The notes under the pieces: model-generated | Databases searched by the model: none | Seen by the model: the letters and a program-made list of their open reading frames with translations, nothing else | What the model was told of the DNA's origin: nothing | In this document: positions 53,501 to 64,000 of the stretch, in pieces | Layout: the number at the start of each line of letters is the position of its first letter | Position numbering within the stretch: the first letter of the stretch is position 1 | Assembly: GCF_002571385.2 (NCBI RefSeq) | Contig: NW_019218111.1 | Coordinates: 221,910 to 285,909, forward strand | Direction of reading: 5' to 3' | Length of the DNA: 64,000 nt | Origin: Stylophora pistillata | Taxonomy: Eukaryota | Translations under genes and position numbers: made by a program

Positions 53501-56125
53501 GAAGTGGAGGGGGACTATTCAACAATTTTTACTGAGCCTGAGCAAATAATGATTTTGGGTGCCTTAAAGGGATCCTCCACTGTTATCGAAAATATCGCTA
53601 AAAATGCTCTTGAAGTGTCCAAAAGTAGATTTTTCAGACAGAAAAATGTTCTCTTCTCTTAGATTTTTTGTTTTGGCCTCTCAAAAGAGGCCTTCATGAC
53701 CAGTTCGAACATCTCATGGTTGCCATTTTGATTGGTGCGCAAGGCTCTCTGGGGTGTTGACATAAAATGGTTGCTCAATTCCCTTGCCCTCGGTAAAATT
53801 GGTAGCAAAATGCCGCATTGCGTTGCTTCTGAGTGTAGTATTCAAGCTAAAAACAGGAAAAACGATCCCAAAATTCGTTTCCACAATTTTCCGAATGATG
53901 CAGTGATTCGATGAGCTTGGATTCATGCTGTTGGAAGGACATCCTTGCCCAAAGACTCACATCTGTGTTTCAAGCACTTTGAACAGCATTGCTTTGAAGA
54001 GTCTTACCCCTTTCCTGTGTTTAGCTTGAATACTACACTCAAAAGCAACGCAATGCGGCATTTTGCTACCAATTTACCGAGGGCAAGGGAATTGAGCAAC
54101 AATTTTACGTCATCAACCCAGAGAGCCTTGCGCACTGATCAAAATAGCAACCATGGGACGTTCGAACTGGTCATGAAGGCCTCTTTTGAGAGGCCAAAAC
54201 AAAAAATCTAAGGGGAGTGAACATTTTTCTGTCTGAAAAATCTACTTTTGGACACTTAAAGAGCATTTTAAGCGATATTTTGGAAAACAGTGGAGGATCC
54301 CTTTAAAATTCTGTGGTAAATTTGTTTTGTAAAATTTTAAGCGATATTTTCTAAAACAGTGGAGGATCCCTTCAAAATTCTATAATTGTAAATTTGTTTT
54401 GTAAAATCGTAAAGTCTGTTACAATTGTTTGGGTTACTTGTATTGTGATAAGCCACCGGTTTCCACTTAAATTTGACAGGTTCGTTTAATTCCATCGGCC
54501 AAAACTTTTGTATCTTTCTCATAAACAGTGTTATGCCAAACTTATTAGCATCCTTTGTACCCTTTAGAATTATATTTTCTTCTGTCACGTTTGTCACTTT
54601 CTGTGTAACAATGACAAAATGCAAGGCAGCCCTTTTGAAATTTAGTGCCCCAGCTATAATCACATGTATTATGGCAAGATATGATGCATTCCTCCACCAA
54701 TCAGAGTGTGCAGTATTTAAATATATCAACAAAGTTGAAATGGTAAATTTGCCACCATTACGATTATAAAAGCTGACATTTCGAAACAATCAGCCTTTAT
54801 TCATGTGCAGTATTTATACATGTAGATAGAAAGGGGCATTTTAACAGGTATTGTGGCTAAAAATGTTTTGTTTTTTCTTACTTTAAAATAATTCTTCAAC
54901 AGTACAATTATTCCACCCTTTCCCATTCCTTTTCTTGAGTGTGATTTGGTATCAAAGAAATTTGCAAGTGTAGCTCAAGAAGTAGTGATAAATTTATTTA
55001 CATGTCAGTTACACCCATCAAGATGCTAAGGGGCAAAGGTAAAGGAAAGATGTCATCTGCAAACAGCAGCCACTCAGTGTCAAGTTCTGCATCAAACTCA
55101 CCATCAAGTATGTCAAGCAATTACTATTGTCTCAGTATACCTTTTTTAGGGCGAGCCTAACATGAGCTTGTACATTGTACCCAAGAGGAAAGGGCTAAGA
55201 AATTATGGAGAAATTATTTTTGATCAAGAAGAGTAGGAAAAACATAAAATACCAAAAGAAAGTGGTGGGGGGGGGGAGGGTCATGGGATTAAAACTGCTG
55301 AGAATAGTTAATAAAGGATTAATAATCAAACTAATACTTATATAATACAGTGTACATGAAGCTGTTTGAGAAACAAGAAAATACTCAAGCTCTTATATTT
55401 ATAGAATTGGTGCATCATAAAAAGACTTCAGACAGATGATAAGTTGTGTGAATCTGTTATGTAAACCATGAAATTAACAATGCATGAAGTAAAGTACATA
55501 GGCATGGCTGTTGGTATCAAATAAAAATGTTAAAACTTGAATAAACTCTAAACTGAACAAGCTGTGTAAACAATTGTTACAGGGCCGGCTCGCCACTTCA
55601 TTCTAAAAATAAAGTGAATTAAACAATAAAGCCAATTTCTCTCTCTTTTGTCTCCTGTGTTTTCACAGGTTTCTTCTGAAGATAAAAGGAGTTTTTCATT
55701 ATTCCTTTGAAAAGGTAATACAAATTGCTTCAAACTGCATTCATGTTTCTTCAAAGATGTAAATATACGAAGTGATATTAGCTTTAACATAATCACCCTC
55801 AGTACAACTAAAACTAATTTAACCTTTAAATCATAATATAGTTGTATAGGAAGTAAGAAAGGAAGTAAGTATCCCAGGTTACCAAAAGAAGTCAAAATAA
55901 CATGAAAACTTTATTGTAATTTGTTTAGTTGTGACCACTACAAAACATCAACCTTTAAAGCAAGTGAAGGTGCACTCTACCTTACTCAACAAAAACAGTC
56001 CAGGAATGCAAACTGTAAATCTTGGTGGAGTGAAAATCAACCACACTGGCCCCCCAATACGTCTTGGACTTTCAAGAAATGTGCGAGTCAAACCACTTCA
56101 TTCACACCTGTCTGTTCAACAGTGA
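50551..56125 (+). CDS. RAD51AP1: RAD51-associated protein 1-like (RAD51AP1/NUCKS family), about 8 exons (approx. 50551-50576, 50955-51022, 51642-51768, 52065-52277, 52562-52710, 53031-53207, 55008-55108, 55928-56125)
   Basis: N-terminal RSDRVRKKVDYAKF, DEKLYQKELEAALKAS, an acidic/basic low-complexity middle and the C-terminal RAD51-interaction motif IRLGLSRNVRVKPLH. Internal exon boundaries are approximate. Confidence 0.85.
51230..51433. mobile_element. piggyBac-type MITE in a RAD51AP1 intron
   Basis: TTAA|CCCTTT...AAAGGG|TTAA, with inner inverted CTCCCA/TGGGAG. Confidence 0.75.
53568..54302. mobile_element. Kolobok-like palindromic non-autonomous transposon carrying a THAP-domain remnant
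   Basis: TTAA TSDs at 53564-53567 and 54303-54306. TIRs AGGGATCCTCCACTG about 290 bp long. Internal MPHCVASECS...FHNFP...*AWIHAV...HLCFKHFEQHCF is a THAP C2CH motif with a stop. Confidence 0.85.
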
Positions 56126-57157
56126 GCTGAACATGGCCTCAACATGTGCACTTGTCATTTCAGAGGAATGGTAAAACCTTGCAGCAAAAGGGAACAATGA
56201 GAGCAAAATTGCAAATTGACCTGTCCTGGAATTTTCCTCAATATCATTACATTGTGAGGTCCTTCAGATCACTTGTAAGGATGCAGAATTCCACTGTAAA
56301 GAGGACTTGCGAAGAAATGCAAGGTACTATAATAAGTGGCTCTGGGAAAATTGATATAGTTAAAGTTAAAGTGCAAGAAATACAGTACCCTTTTACAAAT
56401 ATCTATTAGGTTTATTTTAATAAAACTTTTTTAAAAGATGCAAGACATATAAGGCCAAATTTCAGTTCTAAAAGGAGTTGTAGCAAAGCAGCTAGGTTCC
56501 ATGTACTAGTCTTCCAGAAAATTATTATGTGTATGTGGTTACATTTAATTTATTGCTATTACAACACTTTCTAATACCTGTACAGTTCCTAGCTTTGAGA
56601 AAGTTCACCGAAGATCAGTAAACTGTATTTTACTCTTAGATCAAATTAAAGTATTAACATGTGAGATAAGTGAAAACTTTTTGACTTGTATAGAAAAGCT
56701 GGATGTTGGCACATCCCATGGCCTTTTCTTGCACCTGAATCATTCACTTCTCAGTCATTTTACCATTTAATTTTGTCAGCAACAAAATTCTAGAAAGTTT
56801 GGCATGAAATATCGAATGACAGGACTAGCATTTCATTTCATACACCAGCATAAAGCTCAACCAATTAATTTCATATTTCCAGGATGGAGTTAGTAAACCT
56901 TCTTACTTAAAAAATTCCTTGATTTCTGTGGAGTACTTGAATTGTGTCAGCTCTTACCATTTATTACTAATTTTCATTACCTCTTTAATTCAACTCTTTG
57001 ATTTGATCTTTCCAAATACACTTGGTGGTTGAAATAAGGCAGCTAAAATTGGACTGTTCAAGGTGCTACACTTGTTGCAAATTAATGGGCTATTAAGAAC
57101 CAATAAGATTCCAGCAACTTGTGTACTGACACAAGTAAATACTTATTTTACTCAGTC

Positions 57158-60100
57158 CTAGAATGAAGTGCAGTAAAGAGTTCGATGTCCAACTTTGCGG
57201 ATAAGTCGCTCTGACAAATCATCTGTGATTTCCTGATCTTTTGATATTGTAACTCTTGCTAAGTCACTAGTCATCTTTTCCATGTCCACATCTTGCGGTA
57301 TTCCATCAGTAGGTATAACTGCTTGCTTCAATCTTTTAACACCTTCAGTGAAAGTGAAACAGGCACTCTCCAAGTCCTCATCATAAGACAACTTCAGCGC
57401 CAACTCAGATTCACGCAGAACAGTCACATTGTTTTGCAGTACAATGCTTTTTGCGAGGCAGGATCTTTGATTTAGTTCTTCTTTAAGCATTTTGGTAAGC
57501 TCCTCCACATTAATATCCCCATATTTCTCAATCACATCTGGTAGGACAATATCATGTGCAGTGCCAATGAGGCACTCCAAGGAGAGATCTTCTTTAATAG
57601 CACACATCATTATCTGTGTATGGAGAAGTATTGTTAAGTCTTAACAAGTAGGATAATAGAATTAGGACATAACTCATACTTACCACCTGTTTCATAAATG
57701 TCTTTCCAAATTTTTAAAACCCTAAATTATTTGAAAAATACAGGTGGCTCTAAAGCTATGAAACATATCTAACAAAACTGTAATTTTTTTACACTGTACA
57801 CTGAAATTTCCAAATGATTTTAGCACAACAGTCCTCAAACCCACTTTCAGCAACACCCTTTGTGGGGTGAAGAATAATGGCTTATCTGAAGAGTTTTTCA
57901 GGGTTGCCATGGTAGCCAATATACTGAGTTAAAATCAGGACTGTGAGGTTGAATGATACCCTTGAAAATTAGGGTCAGACTGAACCAACAAGCTATTAAA
58001 ATAAATTCCAAAGATGGCAAAGTTTGAGTGGTTGTGTCCAGTGTTGTTCTTTATTAAGTGAAATCCAAAAAGCTGGCATGTGAAGTGACAAATGGAATTA
58101 GATGCAGAATGTACACAGATAAATAACTAATAAAAGTCTTATCAAATGTAGAAAATTACCCCAGGCAGGTGCTTAATGTTCTGTGTTTGGATATAACGAC
58201 CACCAGTCTTGAGTGATATCCCTGCAAAGAATTCTGGCAATGGGTTTCTTCCAAAAGAGGATGCAGTTGTCGGTTGCAAGATTCCAACTGTGTAAAGGGT
58301 GACAGAATTTTCTGCCAACTGTCTGCAAAGTTTCATCACATCATGGCCATTTGAACACTTATATGTTTCAAGGGAAGTTCTCTCATTCACTGAAGCTGAA
58401 AAAAAAAACTGTGTTTTGGTGAAGTCATAAGTCTCAAATCCCTACAAATTATATTAATTCTAAGAGTAAGAACCTCTCCTTATCCCTGTTTCCTAAGGCA
58501 TGAAGTGTTTAGGAGTATTGCAACCTCCACCCCACCCCCAGCCATCCAAGACAGGATGTTGGTCCACTGCAGACACCTCACACAGCACTTATTTGCTAAC
58601 AGTCTGCTGGTGTACACTTATACTCTTGGCTGGAACAAATAACTTAACATAAAGTTTGGAAGAACCCTTAACAGGTTCTATTGTGAGAGCCATCATAGCC
58701 AGCAATTAAACCAAGTGACCCAAACTGGTGGAGCTTACCCTGGTTTGTTTGGTTTGTTCATAATATCAGTGTGGATGGGATGCTACTCTACTGCAGGTTA
58801 CCCAGCTTTTCATCAGATTTCCCAGACAGTTCACAGGTACCCATTTCTATTCCTGGGTGGACAGAGCCACTGTGAGAGTAGAGTTTGCCTATGAACACAA
58901 CACAGGAACCAACCCAGGTTTTGAAATTCCACTTCACAACCCAGACACCAGCATATTAACTGTTAAGTTCACCACATCTCTCCATCATACAGTTGTACTT
59001 ACGCAGTAATATGCAAATTTTATTGGCATCTTTTCGACATGATCTAGAATCTTTTTTGGTTGCTAAATCTCGAACCAGTGCAAGACCATCAGCCAACCCA
59101 TTTGCTGAAGGTGCTGTTCTAGATTCATTCAGGAAATGTATCTGAGACTTCATGACATCTTTTTCTTTAGCAAACCACCAAGTGTTAGCATTGGGAAAAC
59201 AAAGACTGTGATCCGGATAACAAACCAGGGCTAGTCGGAAGTTGTAATCTCTTGCACAAATCATTTCAACCAAGTGAGCCAGTTGAGTTTTTAGCCTTGT
59301 ATGAAACATCTGATCCTTAATACGTTCAACAACAACAATCAAATCCAGGTTGTGTTTATCAACAAAGCCTTTGCACTTTAAATCTAATATAGGGACAAAA
59401 TAAATAAAAAAAACTCAAATTCAAACAATAAAGAGCTCCAAATACTCAAATTCTGCCCCCCNCCCAGCATTTATACCCCAATCAGGCTTCTCTGTAATAC
59501 CATTCAGATATTACTATTGATTTCTTTCCTTGATAAATCAGTAAAATTCAGAGAATGGCCACAAGCAGCAAGGAACAGATAAATGACTATTCTCATCAAA
59601 TACCCTACAAAATGGATACCTTTATCAGCTTCTTCAAGTGCAGTTACGTCAAACCCTAATATTTATTCCTTATCAGTTCCTGAAATTCTCAGGCTAACAG
59701 TAAGTGTTTTGCATTGTTTTTGGCCAAATTAAGGCCACAGTCCAGAGTCATAGGTGACATGTTGATACTGGTCAACAGAAATATCATTGAGGTTGATTCA
59801 TAACTTCACTGAGATAAACATTTCTAAGAATGGGTATGATATAGAATTGTAACTCCAGTGAGCATATAAGATGTCATACTATAAATACCTGCATCACTTC
59901 CTGCCTGGAAAGGCTGTGAAAGCCTGGCTTGGGTATCCTGGGGTGGATAGGCGAGTGGCTGAGCGAGACAAATGTAACTTGCATCCCCACCAACCTTAAC
60001 TGCTTGAATTCCACATTGACAAAGCCAGTCCTCTTTTTGAAGGGCATCATTACGTAATGAATTTAACAGCTCTTCTTTCTTTGGGATTTGAAAGACAAAG

Positions 60101-61878
60101 CTGGCTAAGTTCTTTGCTTCCTTCTCTGTTTTAACAAAGCTTATTTCAGAACTTTTCATTTTAAGAGCTGCACAAATTCCAAATTTCAATTGTTGAAGGG
60201 TGGCATTTTGGTCAATATTATTACCAGATAACATGAAGCAAACCATTGCCTTTCCCATGGCTGAAAGGAAAGAAAAGAAACAATTACAATAGCCTGACAG
60301 AAGCAATAGTAATGATGTTCCCCTTTATTTTAGACGTTGGTTTTTTTTGGCTGATGAACACACTAAATGTTTGGGAACCATTCAACCAACCAAACTGAAG
60401 TGTTTTTGAGGGGACATTCCAAATTTACCTAATTTGTAAATCACATTCCCAAACATAGTAACCAGGCCAGCCTCGCTTATCTCCTATCAACATATGATAA
60501 TAACATAATTTTCCAAATATAAAACTCAGAAACCATGTCAGGTGTTCTTGACAGGGCTCAACTGAAGAAGCCCTATAATTCAGCAGCTCACCCATCAAAG
60601 AGTGAGTTCAAGTCAGTTGTTTTCAACAAACCCCAAGTCAAGGTTGTAGTCATTTCTCCATTTACCACAATCTGTATTGGATGGAAAAACTGTCTGAAGG
60701 ATAAATATGCAAATTTTTCTCCAGGTATCTGCTTAAGACAAGTTTCCTTGTGCTTGCAGAATCTTTCCCTGACAATAATCCTGCTGATGACATCTGCATC
60801 CACCCATCGACTCTCCAGACTTCGCTTATTTAGACAACTTGTTGCCCGGTTTCCCGTTGGGCTAAACTTCAGAATACCCGGCACTTAATATGCGTCTTTT
60901 AATAGCTGCTCCCGCAGTCCCGTACTCGCCACAATCAAATAAACATTCTTCGTTCTTCAGTAAACCGAAATTCAAATTGCAATTAAAAGTCATATCTTAA
61001 TTCCTCGTTCTTCAAGCGTATTTCAAATTGGATATTACTGCGGATTTCTACTTCGCTGGCGAGTGAACTGACAAATTCAAATATATAATCGTCGATCTTA
61101 AATCGAACCGACATCAGGGGACTGATCTCTTAATTATTTTTCGACATCGTGAGCGCGGGACTGCGGGAGCACTACTTTAACTGCCCTCTTCTTTAAATAT
61201 TCTTCGACTTTGGGAGCACGGGACAGTAGGAGCACTAGCTTAACTGCCTTCTCCCTTAATTGTTCTTCGACTTCGGGAACACGGGACTGCGGGAGCACTA
61301 CTTTAACCGCCCTCTCTTTTAATTATTTTCCATTTCGGGAGCAATCAATTTGTTAACGTTCAAAACTGGCCGGGTATTCTAAAGGTGTTCCGCCCTTTGT
61401 TTGCTAAATTAGTTGAATTTCAATACAAGTAATTGGTCATAAAGGAAAAATTAATAATTAAGATCCTCAAAGTAAATAGCTAAGGGTTAGAGGAAGGAGT
61501 ATGAAATTTACCTGGTAATTCACGAGTCACCTGTGCTGTGGGTGCACTGACCAGTTCTTGGGATGAGGAAGACTTCCTTATAAAAACTCTCACACGTTCT
61601 GCAAGATCAGATCTGGTAATGTGATTGAAAAGTTGTTCAAGGAGATCCAAGTCGTTCTCTGCTATAAGACACTTCTTTATCATGTGGGAAAACAAGTCTG
61701 TAGGCTTTTGACAATTTTCCAAAATTCCCTCCGGAATTTCATTTACCAAAAGAAATTTCATAGACCTCAAGTCTTCTTCTAAGATTTCAGAGGATACGCG
61801 AAGCAGAAAAGTACGGAAAGGGTTCAAAACACGCTTTCCTGAGACAACTACTCTTGACGCTATTCCATGGGCAGCCAT
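57158..61878 (-). CDS. DED + possible TRADD-N-like domain + degenerate VWA domain protein, about 603 aa. Exons 61878-61512, 60260-59889, 59383-59003, 58395-58160, 57613-57158
   Basis: Five GT-AG exons splice in frame (1812 nt). DED: FRTFLLRVSSEI...DLRSMKFLL...DLFSHM...NDLDLLEQLFNHITRSDL (RxDL). vwkA-type VWA: LDLIVVV, FRLALVCYPDH, RKDANKICILL, CSNGHDVMKLCRQLAENSVTLYTVG and FFAGISLKTGGRYI. Confidence 0.85.
60865..61385. mobile_element. MITE-like repeat with about three internal 59-bp tandem units
   Basis: Inverted AGAATACCCGGC and GCCGGGTATTCT. Tandem GGGACTGCGGGAGCACTACTTTAAC... units at about 61150-61345, with one inverted copy at about 60907. Confidence 0.55.
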
Positions 61879-63096
61879 GAATCGAACGATGGTCACCAAG
61901 GTGAATTTAAAAACGAAGACGGAAGTGATGTTCCTAGTTTCCAAGCTCCATCTTCAATCACCTTCCCATGTTCGAGATTTGACCTTAAAACTGTGCTTTT
62001 CAAAATAAAACCTGGGGATAACCTCAGCTTAAGAGGTAACATTTCCAACTGTTACCAATTTCATATTTCTATGAAGAAGAAACTCCATCGTGATCAATAA
62101 AGATCTGCAGCACATTTGCACAATATCCCAACACGGCATACGGAGGAGTACGGGGACTGCAAATGGAAGAGGTGAACTGAGATCTAGTTTCTCCCGAGAT
62201 GGGGGCAGGTTGGGGGTTCCAGGGGCGAGGACAACTCGAAAATCCAAAGGAAGTAATGAGAATCATTTCGAATAATATAAGTTTATTGAGGACCTATTGA
62301 AAGAACAATTTTATTACAAGATCATGATTTAAGTGCAAGTTCACTCAGAGATAGCATAACATTATTCAATTCATAATTGCCTTGTTTACAGGAGTTATAT
62401 TTGCACATAAGCACACAATATTTGTAAAATCTGAGAAAACTGTTATAAGCAAAGGGAAAGGACAAATAACTGGCATTTTAAAACAGAAGACAATTAAATT
62501 TGGTGAGACAAAAAAGACCTAGGTTCTAGATTATTTTATCTCTAAACAATATCACTTTGATTTGATCCAGTAATTATTTTTTCTGCAGTAACACTTGTTC
62601 TTCTATAGAAGGTAAAATCTAACATTAATGTTTGTGACCTCTTAACTGATCTGCTGTATGTATTATGTACCTATGTGTCATTTATGTCTATGAACAACAG
62701 ATGAAAGCTGCTAACATTTCCCATCCATTACAAAACTTAATGGTACATATACCTGAACTTAAAGAATTTGAGACTTTTCAAACCTCAGAGTTAGCTATAT
62801 AAAGTCATTCAATCGGTATTTCCTTTACTTCAATTCACAACAAAATGGTCACCATGAATGGGCTCTCTCTAGGTTACCACAAATTGATTTTTGGTGATAA
62901 TTGAAGTTAAGTACTAGATAAGAGAGCTACCTAAGTAAACCACTGCCCAAGAAAAGAAAAAAACTTTAAGGTTGGTTCCTAACTGAAATGAGCTCTGTCA
63001 TTGCTTAGAAAATTACAAGTATGGTGACAACTTTTGCACATGCAATGAATCTGTTTCAAAAATTCTTCAATCCTTCTTCACAAAAATGTCAATAAC

Positions 63097-63582
63097 TTAC
63101 ACTGCAGAACTTGTCCCAGACATAAATGGTTCAATGGTTATCTCACCAGTTTCTTCATCATGTTCCACTGGTATTTTCTGCCTGCCAAGTGCCTTTATAA
63201 GTAACCTTTCAGACAAGTTTTTAGTAACTTCTGCTGGCTCAGTTATGGTTACTTCCACTGTGACATTGTTGTACATGTAAAATGATCTGTAATCCATTGG
63301 AGTGTCTTTCTTCAGGAACTGTTGAACTTGTGACAATTTTTTTAAGCCAGCAATACTCTTTGCTGTTGGTGTGGGTGGCTGGAGTTCTGCAGAATTGCAC
63401 TGAAGTTGGCGGGATTTAACACTTCTCAGGTTCAAATGCTCTTGAAGTTTGTCAGCCAAGTCGTCTACCGTAACCTTCTGTTTATTTGCTTTCATTTCTT
63501 CAAGCACCATATTTAAGAAGTCTTCAACATATCCCATAATGTTTTCATGGGCAACCTCCTCAAGTGAGGCATTTATTATTAC
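63097..63582 (-). CDS. Probable terminal exon of an upstream VWA-family paralogue (rest of gene outside the window)
   Basis: Phase-0 acceptor, then VIINASLEEVAHE...LQEHLNLRSVKSRQLQ...VTITEPAEVTKNLSERLLIK, which aligns by eye with IMMCAIKEDLSLE...LKEELNQRSCLAKSIV...VTISKDQEITDDLSERLIRK of the DED-VWA last exon. Confidence 0.78.
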   Translation of the reverse strand, partial: VIINASLEEVAHENIMGYVEDFLNMVLEEMKANKQKVTVDDLADKLQEHLNLRSVKSRQLQCNSAELQPPTPTAKSIAGLKKLSQVQQFLKKDTPMDYRSFYMYNNVTVEVTITEPAEVTKNLSERLLIKALGRQKIPVEHDEETGEITIEPFMSGTSSAV

Positions 63583-64000
63583 CTGCAAAACATAGAAAAA
63601 AAAATAAGAAAGATGATTATCACTTTTCATTTTGAGCATGATTTAAGGAAAGATGTTATCCCTCTTGTCATGAAAATGACAGAGAGAAAACATTAGAGTC
63701 CCCCACAAACAATCCAACCCCAGATCTTTGGATTCTATACTTTGATGCTCTGACACATTCTCAGAAAGAACTCTATGGTGAGCTGTGACAAGTCCACTCT
63801 CCAGTTCATTGTCATATTACTAGGATTTGTTTTCTTCCTTAACAACACAAAAAGGGGAAAAGGGAGAGCTAAAATACAGGGACTCATAAAATACAAAAAA
63901 AGTGACATTTCTTAAAAAAAATTGTTTGTAACTTGAGTTCAAGTTAGTGTCTCACACAGAATATGATGAACATAATTGACTTGGAAATTTTATTCAGCAA

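Noticed and set aside
60535-60888. Overlapping ORFs in intron 1 of the DED-VWA gene as an extra exon or nested gene
   Set aside because: The flanking exons already splice in frame, no domain is recognisable and the region abuts a repeat.
61150-61345. CRISPR-like repeat
   Set aside because: Whole units of about 59 bp repeat without unique spacers. It is a minisatellite within a MITE.
61879-63100. Read-through fusion of the upstream VWA paralogue into the DED exon
   Set aside because: There is an in-frame stop at 61954-61956 upstream of the DED ATG and a minus-strand AATAAA at about 62282, so these are probably separate genes.

Overview
AT-rich, intron-containing animal genomic DNA from a draft assembly with N gaps. 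The repeat and gene content suggest a cnidarian, probably a stony coral (inference). Genes spliced by hand, in order: mitochondrial ferredoxin FDX2 (+, one exon lost in a gap); a 9-exon peroxisomal D-amino-acid-oxidase-family flavoprotein with an unusual active-site motif (+); a tandem array of five divergent, intronless small genes (-, 22-42 kb) that all carry an RVxW-type PP1-docking motif plus a following hydrophobic pair, four of them also a WDxL(F/L) motif; a complete 4-exon cGAS-like receptor (cGLR, Mab21 nucleotidyltransferase, 376 aa, intact catalytic residues; +) head-to-head with that array; MRPL28 (-) and RAD51AP1 (+) on a bidirectional promoter; a 5-exon gene fusing a death effector domain, a possible TRADD-N-like domain and a degenerate VWA domain (-); and the 3' exon of a VWA paralogue. 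Many transposons have readable ends and target-site duplications: a Mutator-like element (9-bp TSD) with a nested LINE, a hAT element (8-bp TSD) with a nested 1.3-kb palindrome (P-like, 7-bp TSD), Kolobok-, Harbinger- and piggyBac-type MITEs, tRNA-derived SINEs and an inverted Penelope fragment. The best candidates for new biology are the cGLR, the five-gene PP1-interactor family beside it and the DED-VWA fusion, which together may form an innate-immunity neighbourhood.
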